A stretch of 50,600 nucleotides of DNA from NCBI GenBank assembly GCA_009937385.1, contig JAACFL010000001.1:1-50600 (forward strand), written 5' to 3'. The position numbers and the translations under genes were made by a program. Position 1 is the first letter of the stretch. Each line of letters begins with the position of its first letter. Of this stretch, positions 1-8,668 are shown piece by piece. The notes below the pieces were generated by a model. The model ran no database searches. It was not told where the DNA came from and saw only the letters and a list, made by a program, of their open reading frames with translations. Source of the stretch: Gammaproteobacteria bacterium. Its GTDB lineage: Bacteria; Pseudomonadota; Gammaproteobacteria; QNFN01.

Positions 1-201
1 GAGAAAAGCGACTACAAGCTGCTGCTGCCGCGCACCGAGTTGCGCAGCCGCTACGGCGACTCGCACCTCGGTCACGTGTTCAACGACGGCCCCGCACCGA
101 CCGGACTGCGCTACTGCATCAACTCCGCGTCGCTGCGCTTCGTGCCGAAGGAGCAGCTGGCCGACGCGGGGTACGGAGAGTTCCTGGCGCTGTTCGAATA
201 G
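1..201 (+). CDS. msrB: Peptide-methionine (R)-S-oxide reductase MsrB, C-terminal fragment (5' end outside the window)
   Basis: Frame +1 reads ...[33 protein letters not shown]...LALFE*. The GHVF(N/D)DGP and RYCINS (catalytic Cys) motifs are typical of MsrB. Stop TAG at 199-201. Confidence 0.85.
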   Translation, partial: EKSDYKLLLPRTELRSRYGDSHLGHVFNDGPAPTGLRYCINSASLRFVPKEQLADAGYGEFLALFE

Positions 202-219
202 CGCCTGGGGTTTCCCGGG

Positions 220-1689
220 TTACGTGCTTTCGAGTAGCGGCAGGCGCAGCTCGAAACGCGCCCCGCCCCCCGCACGGTTGACGGCCGACAGTTCTCCCCC
301 GTGCAGCTCGGCGATGCGCCGCGCGATGCCAAGCCCGAGACCGGCATGACCGCGTGCCCGGGCCCCGGCGCCGCCACGCCGGAAGGGCTCGAAGATCGTC
401 TCGAGCTCGGCATCCGGGATGCCCGGGCCACGATCGCTGACCGAGACCTCGAGCGCCTCCTCGGACCCGCTCAACGCTACTTCGATCTCGCCCTCGCCCG
501 GGGCGTGCTCAAGCGCATTGACGAGCAGGTTGTCGAGGAGACGCTCGATCAGTCCGACGTCGACACGAGCCAGGGGTGAGCCCCCCCGTGGAGGCTGCAG
601 CAAAAGGCGCACACCGGCCCCATCGGCATGCGGCCGGAATTTCAGCACCACGTCCTGCAGCAGCTCGGCCAGGTTGACCTCCTCGAACTGCGGCTCGATG
701 TCGCGCGCCTCGAGGCGGGCGAGTTCGAACAGCGCATCGACCATGCCGCCAAGGCGGCGCGCCTGGCGCAGCGCGATGGCCAGGTACTCGGCGCGTTGTG
801 CGTCGTCGAGCTGCTTCATCGCCAGCGTCTCGAGGGCCCCGGTGACCGCGGCGAGCGGCGTGCGCAGGTCGTGCGAGACCTGCGCGACCAGCTCGCGGCG
901 CGCCTGATCCTGGGCCTTCAGTGCATCGAGCTGGGCGACGATCCGCGCCGCCATGCGCTCGAACGCCTGGCCGAGACGCGCGAGCTCGTCGCTGCCCGCC
1001 ACGTCCACCGCACCGCCGGTCAGCGCTTCGCTGAAGCTACCCTCCTCGAAGCGGTCGATCGCCTGCGCCAGGCGCCGCAGGCGGCGGGTCAGCAGGTGGA
1101 ACAGCAACAGCCCGGCGAGCAGCCCGAAGCCGAGGCTGCCGGCCACGGCCCAGAGACCGATACGCAGCACGAAGCTCTGCTGCAGCGCTGCAACCGCCGA
1201 ATCGTACTGCTCGCCGCGCAGCACCACGTAGAGGTAGCCCTCGGGATCGGTAGCGCTTGGCACCGGCGTGACCGAGAAGGCCTTCATGCGGTCGTGCGAG
1301 CGTGGGTCGTCGCCGAGCAGCGGAAACGGCGCGCCGGCGAGGAAGGCGCGAACCGGCTCGAGAGCGACCGACTTGCGCTTGACCTTGCCCGGGTCGGCCG
1401 AGAACGACAGGATGCGGCCGTCGAGATCGAGCAGGTAGATCTCGATGCTCGGGTTGATCTCCATGTAGGCGCTGAAGGTCGCCTTCAGTGCCTCCATCGA
1501 CAGCCGCCCCTCGGCGACCAGGTTGCGGTCGGCGACGATGCGTCGCGCGACATCGCGGTTGATGTTCTGCTCCAGCGTCTGCAGGTGGCGCGTCGTCGAC
1601 GACGTGGCGAGAAACGCGTAGAGCAGCCCGATCGCCACCAGCAGCGCGCACAGCACGGCGGCGAGACGGGCGTAGAGAGTACGGAACAC
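220..1689 (-). CDS. Two-component sensor histidine kinase (two TM segments, periplasmic domain, HAMP, HisKA, HATPase_c)
   Basis: H-box SHDLRTPLAAV, N-box DNLLVNALEHA, G-boxes DRGPGIP and GLGLGIARRIAELHGG. Two hydrophobic segments flank a ~150-aa loop. The track ORF runs to 1845, but that part overlaps the response regulator. I place the start at the in-frame GTG at 1689, 6 nt after the regulator stop. The start is uncertain. Confidence 0.85.
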   Translation of the reverse strand: MFRTLYARLAAVLCALLVAIGLLYAFLATSSTTRHLQTLEQNINRDVARRIVADRNLVAEGRLSMEALKATFSAYMEINPSIEIYLLDLDGRILSFSADPGKVKRKSVALEPVRAFLAGAPFPLLGDDPRSHDRMKAFSVTPVPSATDPEGYLYVVLRGEQYDSAVAALQQSFVLRIGLWAVAGSLGFGLLAGLLLFHLLTRRLRRLAQAIDRFEEGSFSEALTGGAVDVAGSDELARLGQAFERMAARIVAQLDALKAQDQARRELVAQVSHDLRTPLAAVTGALETLAMKQLDDAQRAEYLAIALRQARRLGGMVDALFELARLEARDIEPQFEEVNLAELLQDVVLKFRPHADGAGVRLLLQPPRGGSPLARVDVGLIERLLDNLLVNALEHAPGEGEIEVALSGSEEALEVSVSDRGPGIPDAELETIFEPFRRGGAGARARGHAGLGLGIARRIAELHGGELSAVNRAGGGARFELRLPLLEST

Positions 1690-1694
1690 GCGGC

Positions 1695-2408
1695 TCAGCC
1701 GGCTGGGGGTTCGGCGAACTTGTAGCCGACGCCCCACACCGTCAGCACGTAGCGCGGCCGGGCCGGCTCCGGCTCGATCTTGGCGCGCAGCCGGTTGATG
1801 TGCGAGTTCACGGTGTGCTCGTAACCCTCGTGGTTGTAGCCCCACACCTTGTCCAGCAGCTGCATGCGACTGAACACGCGCCCCGGGTGACGGGCGAAGA
1901 ACAGCAGCAGGTCGAATTCGCGCGCGGTCAGCTCGACCGGTTCGCCGGCCACGTGGACCGCGCGGCGCTGGACGTCGATCTCCAGGCCGTCGTGCTCGAG
2001 CCGCTCGTCATTCGGTGGCGTGGCCGCCGCCTCGCGCAGGGCCTCGACACGTCGCAACAGCGCCTTCACGCGCGCCTGCAGCTCGGCGACGCTGAACGGC
2101 TTGACCAGGTAGTCGTCGGCGCCGACCTCGAGGCCGACGACGCGGTCGAGCTCGGTCGACTTTGCGGTCAGCATCAGGATCGGCAGCGTCGCGGCCGCGC
2201 GACGGAACTCGCCGCACAGCACCAGGCCATCGCCGTCGGGCAGCATGCGGTCGAGCACCACGAGGTCGAGATCGCCGGCGGCAAAGCGCGCCCGTGCCTG
2301 GGCGGCGTCGGCGGCGACCACCGCGTCGCAGCCGACGTCGGCGAGGTGCTCGCGTACCAGCCGGGCGATATCGGGCTCGTCTTCGACGATCAGGACCCTG
2401 CGTTGCAT
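1695..2408 (-). CDS. OmpR/PhoB-family response regulator
   Basis: Receiver motifs VLIVEDEPDI and DLVVLDRMLPDGDG, LTAKS, and the winged-helix C-terminus LTVWGVGYKF. Confidence 0.92.
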   Translation of the reverse strand: MQRRVLIVEDEPDIARLVREHLADVGCDAVVAADAAQARARFAAGDLDLVVLDRMLPDGDGLVLCGEFRRAAATLPILMLTAKSTELDRVVGLEVGADDYLVKPFSVAELQARVKALLRRVEALREAAATPPNDERLEHDGLEIDVQRRAVHVAGEPVELTAREFDLLLFFARHPGRVFSRMQLLDKVWGYNHEGYEHTVNSHINRLRAKIEPEPARPRYVLTVWGVGYKFAEPPAG

Positions 2409-2475
2409 GCGACGATAGTAGCAAGGGCCGGCATCCGGCCGGGGCGTGGCCCGGCCGGTGGTGCCGCGCTCCGGT

Positions 2476-2799
2476 CTACATCTTCTTGCCCATCTTGCCG
2501 TCGTCCATGCCCTTCTCGTTCATCATGTCCTCCTTGGCCATCGCGTCCTTCGACATGGTCTCCTTCATCATCTCCTTCTCTTTCATCATGTCGTCCTTGG
2601 CCATGGCATCTTTCGACATGGTCTCTTCCGTCATGCCCTTGTCCTTCATCATGCCGTCCTTGGCCATGCCGTCGCCGCTCATCGACTTGGTCTCGCCCAT
2701 CGTCTTGTCCATCATCGTCTCGCCGGCAGGTGCCGTGGCGGACATCAGCAGCAGGCCGCTGGCGACCAGGACGGTCAGGGTGGTGTTGCGCAGGTTCAT
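2476..2799 (-). CDS. Secreted methionine-rich 'MXKDX' pentapeptide-repeat protein (107 aa)
   Basis: The internal ATG at 2799 gives the signal peptide MNLRNTTLTVLVASGLLLMSATAPA. GGAGA sits 7 nt upstream. The mature 82 aa contain 21 Met by my hand count, are otherwise almost only K/D/E/G/T/S/A, and have no Cys or His. The repeats have the form M-x-K-D-x. Confidence 0.75.
   Translation of the reverse strand: MNLRNTTLTVLVASGLLLMSATAPAGETMMDKTMGETKSMSGDGMAKDGMMKDKGMTEETMSKDAMAKDDMMKEKEMMKETMSKDAMAKEDMMNEKGMDDGKMGKKM
2521..2674. repeat. Three tandem ~63-nt (21-codon) repeat units inside the MXKDX gene
   Basis: CATCATG(T/C)C(C/G)TCCTTGGCCAT recurs at 2521, 2584 and 2647 (63-nt period). Units 1 and 2 stay roughly 85% identical for about 45 nt. 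They encode MSKDAMAK(D/E)DMM(K/N)EK. Confidence 0.7.
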
Positions 2800-2847
2800 C
2801 GCTCGATCTCCGTGTTGGATTGGCAGGGAGGATTGAAACCCGCCGCG

Positions 2848-2891
2848 GTCACCCACGCTTCACGCGGATCTCACGATTCGGTCACGCCGCG
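2848..2891. promoter_or_regulatory. Four direct xTCAC(G/C) repeats phased at exactly 11 bp; candidate OmpR-family response-regulator binding array
   Basis: GTCACCCACGC / TTCACGCGGAT / CTCACGATTCG / GTCACGCCGCG, with TCAC at 2849, 2860, 2871 and 2882. The array lies 50-90 nt upstream of the MXKDX start, in the divergent region shared with the AAA+ gene. Confidence 0.35.
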
Positions 2892-2947
2892 CAGCGACCG
2901 CGCCGACCCAGTAGAATCGTCCTGCCACCGCCGCCAAGAGCCAGGCC

Positions 2948-4438
2948 ATGACCCGCGCCACAGACGCACCACTCGACGACCTGCTGCGCGACGCCCTCGG
3001 CAGTCGTCACCCCCTGCTCTACCTGCACTCCCCCGACGAGGCGCGGGTCCTCGCGGCCCTCGAGCGCGTCGTCGCTGAACGCGGGGTGCCCCTGCGCGAA
3101 TGGGCACGCACCGACGCGCCGGGCGGCGCCGACCCGGCCAGCGCCGTGCTCGAGGCTGCCGACGCCGCGGAACCCGGTTTCATGGTGTTCAAGGATCTCG
3201 CCGCCGATCTCGAGCAGCCCCTGCTGCAGCGCGCGCTGCGCGATGCCTACTACCGGCTGCGCGAACGGCCCGACTGCCGCCTGCTGATCCTCGACGGCAC
3301 GCTGGTCGTGCCGCCGTCGCTGCGCGGCAACCTGCAGGTGCTCGAGGTCCCGCCGCCGGCGTCTTCCGAGCTGGCGGCATTGCTGGACGAACTGCTCGAT
3401 GCCGACGCAACGCCCGACGAGGCGTCTCGCGAACTGCTGGTCCAGGCGCTGCGTGGCCTCGGCCTCGACGAGGCGCGCCACGTGCTGCACGCGGTGTTCG
3501 CCGGCGGGGCGCCGTCACCCGAGCGCATCCTCGACGCCGTGCAGCAGGCCAAGCGCACCCTCGCCGCGGGCGGGGACTACCTCGAGTACGTGCTGCCCGA
3601 TCGCGACCTGGCCGGGATCGGCGGCCTCTCCAACCTCAAGGAGTGGATCACCACCCGTGCAGGCCTGTTCGGCCAGCGCGCGGTCGACGCCGGCGAACCG
3701 GTGCCGCGCGGCCTGCTGGTGATGGGCGTCAGCGGCTGCGGCAAGAGCCTGGTCGCCAAGGTGCTGGCGCGCGAGTGGCGCGTGCCGCTGTTCCGCCTCG
3801 ACATGAACCGCGTCTTCTCGGGCGCCTACGGCAACCCGGAGGCGACCTTTCACCGCGCGCTGCGCACCGTCGAGTCACTGGCCCCGGTGGTGCTGTGGAT
3901 CGACGAGATCGAGAACGGCCTCGGCTTCACCGGCCCGGGCAAGGGCGAGACGACCCACCTGTTCTCGGCGTTCCTCACCTGGATGCAGGAAAAGCCGCCG
4001 CTGGTGTTCGTCGCCGCGACCGCCAACCGCATCGAGGACCTGCCGGCCGAGATGATCCGCAAGGGTCGCTTCGACCAGGTCTTCTTCGTCGACCTGCCCG
4101 ACGCCGGCGAGCGGCGCGAACTGCTCGAGATTCACCTCGCACGCCAGGCCACCGACCCTGCCGCGTTCGACCTGGTCGCGCTGGTGCGTGACACCGACGG
4201 CTGGAACGCCGCAGAGATCGAGCAGGCGGTGATCGCCGCGCGCACCCAGGGCCTGCACGAGGCGCGGCCGTTCAACAGCGCCGACCTGCGCGCCGTCGCA
4301 CGCCGCGTGGTGCCGCTGTCACGCACCATGAGCGAGCAGATCAAGACGCTGCGCGACTGGGCCTGGGATCGGGCGACGCCCGCCTCGCGCGGCAAGGGCA
4401 CCGACGCGGTCACGCTCGGCGACGAGGAACTGGCCTGA
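2948..4438 (+). CDS. AAA+ ATPase, Ycf46-like architecture (about 240-aa N-terminal domain plus a single classical AAA module)
   Basis: Walker A GVSGCGKS, Walker B VVLWIDEIE, second region of homology ATANRIEDLPAEMIRKGRFD. N-terminus HPLLYLHSPDEARV and C-terminal PLSRTMSEQIKTLRDWA resemble the ~500-aa Ycf46 family as I recall it. Confidence 0.8.
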   Translation: MTRATDAPLDDLLRDALGSRHPLLYLHSPDEARVLAALERVVAERGVPLREWARTDAPGGADPASAVLEAADAAEPGFMVFKDLAADLEQPLLQRALRDAYYRLRERPDCRLLILDGTLVVPPSLRGNLQVLEVPPPASSELAALLDELLDADATPDEASRELLVQALRGLGLDEARHVLHAVFAGGAPSPERILDAVQQAKRTLAAGGDYLEYVLPDRDLAGIGGLSNLKEWITTRAGLFGQRAVDAGEPVPRGLLVMGVSGCGKSLVAKVLAREWRVPLFRLDMNRVFSGAYGNPEATFHRALRTVESLAPVVLWIDEIENGLGFTGPGKGETTHLFSAFLTWMQEKPPLVFVAATANRIEDLPAEMIRKGRFDQVFFVDLPDAGERRELLEIHLARQATDPAAFDLVALVRDTDGWNAAEIEQAVIAARTQGLHEARPFNSADLRAVARRVVPLSRTMSEQIKTLRDWAWDRATPASRGKGTDAVTLGDEELA

Positions 4439-4448
4439 GCCGCGTGGC

Positions 4449-5717
4449 GTGATCCCCGCCCCCGCCGTGCTGCGTGGCTGGCTGGCCCGGCTGGTGCTGG
4501 CCGTGGCGCTGCCGGCCGCCGTGCTGACCGCTGCCCGCCTGCTGCAACTGCAGTCCGCGCACCTTCCGGAGAACGTCGGCGCGCTGCTGCCGTGGCTGCC
4601 GTACCTGCTGCTCGGCCCGGGGCTGCTGCTCGCGCTGCTGTTCGGCCGCGGCCGCGCGTTCTTCCTGCTGCTGCTGCTGGCCGGTTTCTACTGGGTCCTC
4701 AGTCAGCCGCTCGGCTGGCGCGTGCACGGCGCACGCCTCGATGCCGACGCGCTGCGCCTCGGACTGGCATGCCTGCTGCCGCTCAACGTCGCGGCCTTCG
4801 CCTGGCTCGGCGAGCGCGGCGTCTTCACCCGTCATGGTGCGCTACGCTGCGCGGGCGTCTTGCTGCAGATCGGTCTGCTCGCGGTGCTCGCCACCTCGCG
4901 CCCACACCTCGTCACCGCGCCACTGCAGGCCTCGCCGCTCGGCCTGCCGACCACGCTGGTCGGCGGCCTGCTGGGCGAACCGGCGTGGCTGGCCATCGTG
5001 CTCGGCGCGGTGCTGTTGCTGCTGCGCTTCGTGCTGAGCCGCGAGAGTTTCGCCTTCGACCTCGTCGGCGTCCTGGTCGCACTGGGGCTGCTGCTGCGCT
5101 TCGCCAGCGAGCCCGCGGCCGTGGCGCTCTACGCCACCGCGGCCGGCTTGCTGGTGCTGGTCGCCATCGTGCGCGACTCCCACCGCATGGCCTTCCGCGA
5201 CGAGTTGACCGGGCTGCCCGGGCGCCGCGCATTGCAGCAGGAGCTGCCCAAGCTTGGCTCGCGCTACGCCATCGCGATGCTCGATGTCGACCATTTCAAG
5301 AAGTTCAACGACCGCCACGGCCACGACGTCGGTGACCAGGTGCTCAAGCTGGTCGCCGCGCGGATGCGCGCGGTGCGTGGCGGCGGGAAATCCTACCGCT
5401 ACGGCGGCGAGGAGTTCACCGTGCTGTTCCCGGGCAAGGACGTGGACCAGGCCAGGCCCCACCTGGAACAGCTGCGCGAGGCGATCGCCGAGAGCACCTT
5501 CCACCTGCGCGGCAAGCAGCGGCCTGAGGTCGAACGCCGCAAGCAGCCGCGCAAGGGGCGTCCGGCAACCAGCCGAGGGCGCGCCGTCTCGGTGACCGTG
5601 AGCATCGGCGTCGCCGAACGCGACGCGCACCACCCGACCCCCGAGGAGGTGATGAAACGGGCCGACCAGGCGCTCTACCTGGCCAAGGGCGCGGGACGCA
5701 ACCGGGTCTCCGGCTGA
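4449..5717 (+). CDS. Polytopic membrane diguanylate cyclase (about 240-aa multi-TM N-terminus plus GGDEF domain)
   Basis: GGEEF at 5403-5417, the DVDHFKKFNDRHGH motif, and 6-8 hydrophobic segments upstream. GTG start 10 nt after the AAA+ stop, and the start is uncertain. Confidence 0.85.
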   Translation: MIPAPAVLRGWLARLVLAVALPAAVLTAARLLQLQSAHLPENVGALLPWLPYLLLGPGLLLALLFGRGRAFFLLLLLAGFYWVLSQPLGWRVHGARLDADALRLGLACLLPLNVAAFAWLGERGVFTRHGALRCAGVLLQIGLLAVLATSRPHLVTAPLQASPLGLPTTLVGGLLGEPAWLAIVLGAVLLLLRFVLSRESFAFDLVGVLVALGLLLRFASEPAAVALYATAAGLLVLVAIVRDSHRMAFRDELTGLPGRRALQQELPKLGSRYAIAMLDVDHFKKFNDRHGHDVGDQVLKLVAARMRAVRGGGKSYRYGGEEFTVLFPGKDVDQARPHLEQLREAIAESTFHLRGKQRPEVERRKQPRKGRPATSRGRAVSVTVSIGVAERDAHHPTPEEVMKRADQALYLAKGAGRNRVSG

Positions 5718-5724
5718 AACCGTC

Positions 5725-6129
5725 TCAGTCGCGCTTCAGGGCCATGCTGCCGCTGCCCAGGAACAGGATCGCCAGCGCACCGAACAGATAGAGCCCCTGC
5801 AGCTCGAGCGCCCAGCCGCCGTGCTGGGTCAGCATGAACAGCTCACCGGTGTGCACCAGCACGATCGCGAACACCATGTTACCGGCCATCAGCAGGCCTC
5901 CGATGCGTGTGTAGACACCGAGGATCACCATCAGCGGCGCAACCACCTCGCCGAGGAACACGCCGTAGGCGATGAACTGCGGCAGGCCGATGCCCGCGAG
6001 CTGGCTGCCGATGTACTTCAGCGACCCTGGGTTGAGCAGTTTCGCGACACCGTGGAACAGCATGAGCACACCGACGACCAGGCGCAGGATCAGCTTGCCG
6101 AGGTCATCGTTCTTGAACAGTTTCATCAC
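5725..6129 (-). CDS. DoxX-family inner-membrane protein
   Basis: [21 protein letters not shown] plus four hydrophobic segments is a typical DoxX layout. Confidence 0.85.
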   Translation of the reverse strand: MMKLFKNDDLGKLILRLVVGVLMLFHGVAKLLNPGSLKYIGSQLAGIGLPQFIAYGVFLGEVVAPLMVILGVYTRIGGLLMAGNMVFAIVLVHTGELFMLTQHGGWALELQGLYLFGALAILFLGSGSMALKRD

Positions 6130-6169
6130 CGGGACAGCTCCGGGCCGGGAATCGGCCAGTTGTGGATTT

Positions 6170-6325
6170 TCATCGAGCCTGGGTGGGGGCTACGCCTGCC
6201 GGTCCACGCGCCGCGAGGGGACTCCGACGGTGCCGGTGACGAATGCGCCTGACGACCTGCCACAACGCCACGGCATGGAAGACGACGCAGGCGGCCAGCA
6301 GCAGCCATCCGATCAGTTGACCCAT
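6170..6325 (-). CDS. Possible 51-aa single-pass membrane peptide (below the ORF-track size cut-off)
   Basis: Hand translation gives [51 protein letters not shown]. It has one TM helix followed by a basic cluster. There is no clear SD, and third-position GC (~73%) is lower than in the neighbouring genes. Confidence 0.25.
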   Translation of the reverse strand: MGQLIGWLLLAACVVFHAVALWQVVRRIRHRHRRSPLAARGPAGVAPTQAR

Positions 6326-6369
6326 GCCTGCAAGCTAGTCGCTGGCCGAACCGCGGTCAAAGGCGCCGT

Positions 6370-6750
6370 TCAGCGCGGCTTGCGTGGCTCGGGCAGCATC
6401 AGCAGGCGCTCGAGGTTGGCGGCGCAGTTCTCCTCGGTCACGAACGGCATCGACTGCATGGTCGCCTGGCGCAGCACGCCGCGCAGGTAGGCCTGCTCGC
6501 GCTCGCTGAAGCAGCGCCGCGACCACTGCGCGACCCGGTCCGGCACCAGCAGGTCGAACACGTCGTCGGCGATCACGCCCTTCATGCGGCACGCGGTGAC
6601 CCGGGCCAGCGGATCGATGACACGGAAGCGGGTGCTGAAGTTGCCGGGAGCGAGCAGCGCCTCGCAGGTGGGTGGCAGCAGCGATTCGTTCTGCGCAGCC
6701 GCTGGGGCGGCCAGCAGCAGGCCGACCAGTGCCGCGACAAGGGCGGCCAC
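6370..6750 (-). CDS. Hypothetical exported protein with 4 Cys, distal gene of the aap operon
   Basis: It follows aapP on the same strand, and the hydrophobic N-terminus VAALVAALVGLLLAAPAAAQ resembles a signal peptide. Candidate starts are the GTG at 6750 or the CTG at 6765 (giving MSRGSVAAL..., overlapping the aapP stop as CTGA). I recognise no family. Confidence 0.5.
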   Translation of the reverse strand: MAALVAALVGLLLAAPAAAQNESLLPPTCEALLAPGNFSTRFRVIDPLARVTACRMKGVIADDVFDLLVPDRVAQWSRRCFSEREQAYLRGVLRQATMQSMPFVTEENCAANLERLLMLPEPRKPR

Positions 6751-6761
6751 GCTGCCCCGGC

Positions 6762-7535
6762 TCAGTGACCGAGGATCTGGCTCAGGAACAGCTTGGTGCG
6801 ATCCTGCTGCGGGTTGTTGAAGAACTCGTGGGGCTCGTTCTCCTCGACGATCTCGCCGGCGTCCATGAAGATCACGCGGTTGGCCACGGTCTTGGCGAAG
6901 CCCATCTCGTGGGTCACGCAGATCATGGTCATGCCGGTCTCGGCGAGCTCGATCATGGTGTCGAGCACCTCCTTGATCATCTCCGGGTCGAGTGCGGAGG
7001 TCGGCTCGTCGAAGAGCATGATCCTGGGATTCATGCACAGCGAGCGGGCGATGGCGACGCGCTGCTGCTGGCCGCCCGAGAGCTGCCCGGGGTACTTGTT
7101 CGCCTGCTCGGGGATCTTGACCTTCTCGAGGTAGCGCATCGCGACCTCCTCGGCCTCGCGACGCGGCATCTTGCGCACCCAGATCGGCGCCAGCGTGCAG
7201 TTGTCGAGCACGGTCAGGTGTGGGAACAGGTTGAAGTGCTGGAACACCATGCCCACTTCCTTGCGGATCTGCTCGACGTGCTTGAGGTCGCCGGTCAGTT
7301 CGGTGCCGTCGACGATGATCTGGCCGCGCTGGTGCTCCTCGAGCCGGTTGATGCAGCGGATCATGGTCGACTTACCGGAGCCGGACGGACCGCAGACGAC
7401 GATGCGTTCACCCTTGTGCACGGTCAGGTTGATGTCCTTGAGCACGTGGAACTTGTCGTACCACTTGTGCATGCCGCGCAGCTCGATCATCACGTCGTCG
7501 ATGGCGGGCTGCTGGTGCGTGGCTTGTTCGCTCAT
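6762..7535 (-). CDS. aapP: General L-amino-acid ABC transporter, ATP-binding protein
   Basis: Walker [10 protein letters not shown], signature [13 protein letters not shown], Walker [16 protein letters not shown]-family ATPase. Confidence 0.92.
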   Translation of the reverse strand: MSEQATHQQPAIDDVMIELRGMHKWYDKFHVLKDINLTVHKGERIVVCGPSGSGKSTMIRCINRLEEHQRGQIIVDGTELTGDLKHVEQIRKEVGMVFQHFNLFPHLTVLDNCTLAPIWVRKMPRREAEEVAMRYLEKVKIPEQANKYPGQLSGGQQQRVAIARSLCMNPRIMLFDEPTSALDPEMIKEVLDTMIELAETGMTMICVTHEMGFAKTVANRVIFMDAGEIVEENEPHEFFNNPQQDRTKLFLSQILGH

Positions 7536-7560
7536 GGGGCGGCTCCGATGTCGGTGCGCA

Positions 7561-8667
7561 TCAGCGCTTGTGGCCGGTGTGCAGCTTGCGCTCGATGTGC
7601 ATGCTGTAACGCGAGAGGCTGAAGCAGATGATCCAGAAGACCATCGCGGTGAAGGCGTAGCCCTCTGTAGAGAATCCGAGCCAGTTCGGGTCGTTGAGGG
7701 CGTTCTGGATCATGCCGAGCAGTTCGAACAGGCCGATGATCAGCACCAGCGTGGTGTCCTTGATCAGCGCGATGAAGGTGTTGACGATGCCCGGGATCAC
7801 GATCTTCAGTGCCTGCGGCATGATGATCAGAGCGGTCTTCTTCCAGTAGCCAAGGCCGAGCGCATCGGCCGCCTCGTACTGCCCTTTCGGGATCGCCTGC
7901 AGGCCACCGCGCACCACCTCGGCCATGTAGGCCGACTGGAACAGCGTGATGCCGATCAGCGCCCGCATCAGCTTGTCGAAGGTGACGCCCTCGGGCAGGA
8001 ACAGCGGCAGCATCACCGAGGACATGAACAGCACGGTGATCAGTGGCACACCGCGCCAGAACTCGATGAACACCACGCAGACCGCCTTGACGATCGGCAT
8101 GTCGGTGGCGCGCCGGCCGAGCGCGAGCAGGATGCCGAGCGGCAGGGCCGCGACGCAGCCGATGCCGGCCAGGATCAGGGTCAGCGACAGGCCGCCCCAC
8201 TTGGTGGTCTCGATCACCTCGAAGCCGAACCAGGCACCGTCGAGGAAACCGTAGGCGATGAACGGGTAGACGAAGATGATGAAACCGCCGAGCCAGGTCT
8301 TCCACGGGAAGGCCTTGAGGAACAGCGGGATCATCAGCAGGAACAGCGTCCCGTAGATCAGGTCGATGCGCCACTGCTGCGCTTCGGGGTAGAAGCCGTA
8401 CATGAACTGGTTGAAGCGCACCGAGACGAACACCCAGCAGGCACCGTCTGAGGTGCAGTCCTCGCGCGAAGTCCCGGTCCAGTCGGACGAAATCAGGGCC
8501 CAATCGATCAGCGGCGGCAGCATCAGCCAGAGCAGGTAGGCCACCACCACGGTCAGGAGGCTGTTCAGCCAGCTGGAGAAGAGGTTGCGCCGCAACCAGC
8601 CGATGGCTCCGATCTCGGTGATCGGCGGCGGCAGGTCCGGGCCGCGCTCGAATTGCTTGGTATCCAC
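7561..8667 (-). CDS. aapM: Amino-acid ABC transporter permease (AapM-like)
   Basis: Large polytopic permease with the EAA-type loop [14 protein letters not shown]. It sits next to a second permease, which is the Aap/Bra-type arrangement. Confidence 0.9.
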   Translation of the reverse strand: MDTKQFERGPDLPPPITEIGAIGWLRRNLFSSWLNSLLTVVVAYLLWLMLPPLIDWALISSDWTGTSREDCTSDGACWVFVSVRFNQFMYGFYPEAQQWRIDLIYGTLFLLMIPLFLKAFPWKTWLGGFIIFVYPFIAYGFLDGAWFGFEVIETTKWGGLSLTLILAGIGCVAALPLGILLALGRRATDMPIVKAVCVVFIEFWRGVPLITVLFMSSVMLPLFLPEGVTFDKLMRALIGITLFQSAYMAEVVRGGLQAIPKGQYEAADALGLGYWKKTALIIMPQALKIVIPGIVNTFIALIKDTTLVLIIGLFELLGMIQNALNDPNWLGFSTEGYAFTAMVFWIICFSLSRYSMHIERKLHTGHKR

Positions 8668-8668
8668 G

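Noticed and set aside
111-431. 106-aa minus-strand ORF and other short ORFs overlapping the histidine-kinase 3' end
   Set aside because: They are out of frame within the well-supported kinase gene, with Arg/Ser/Pro-rich translations.
2948-5717. Reading the AAA+ ATPase / GGDEF pair as an anti-phage (CBASS-like) defence module
   Set aside because: GGDEF is not a CD-NTase. There is no effector (nuclease, TIR, patatin-like phospholipase or pore-former). The flanks are ordinary chromosomal genes with no mobile-element or island hallmarks. It is kept only as a signalling-module hypothesis.
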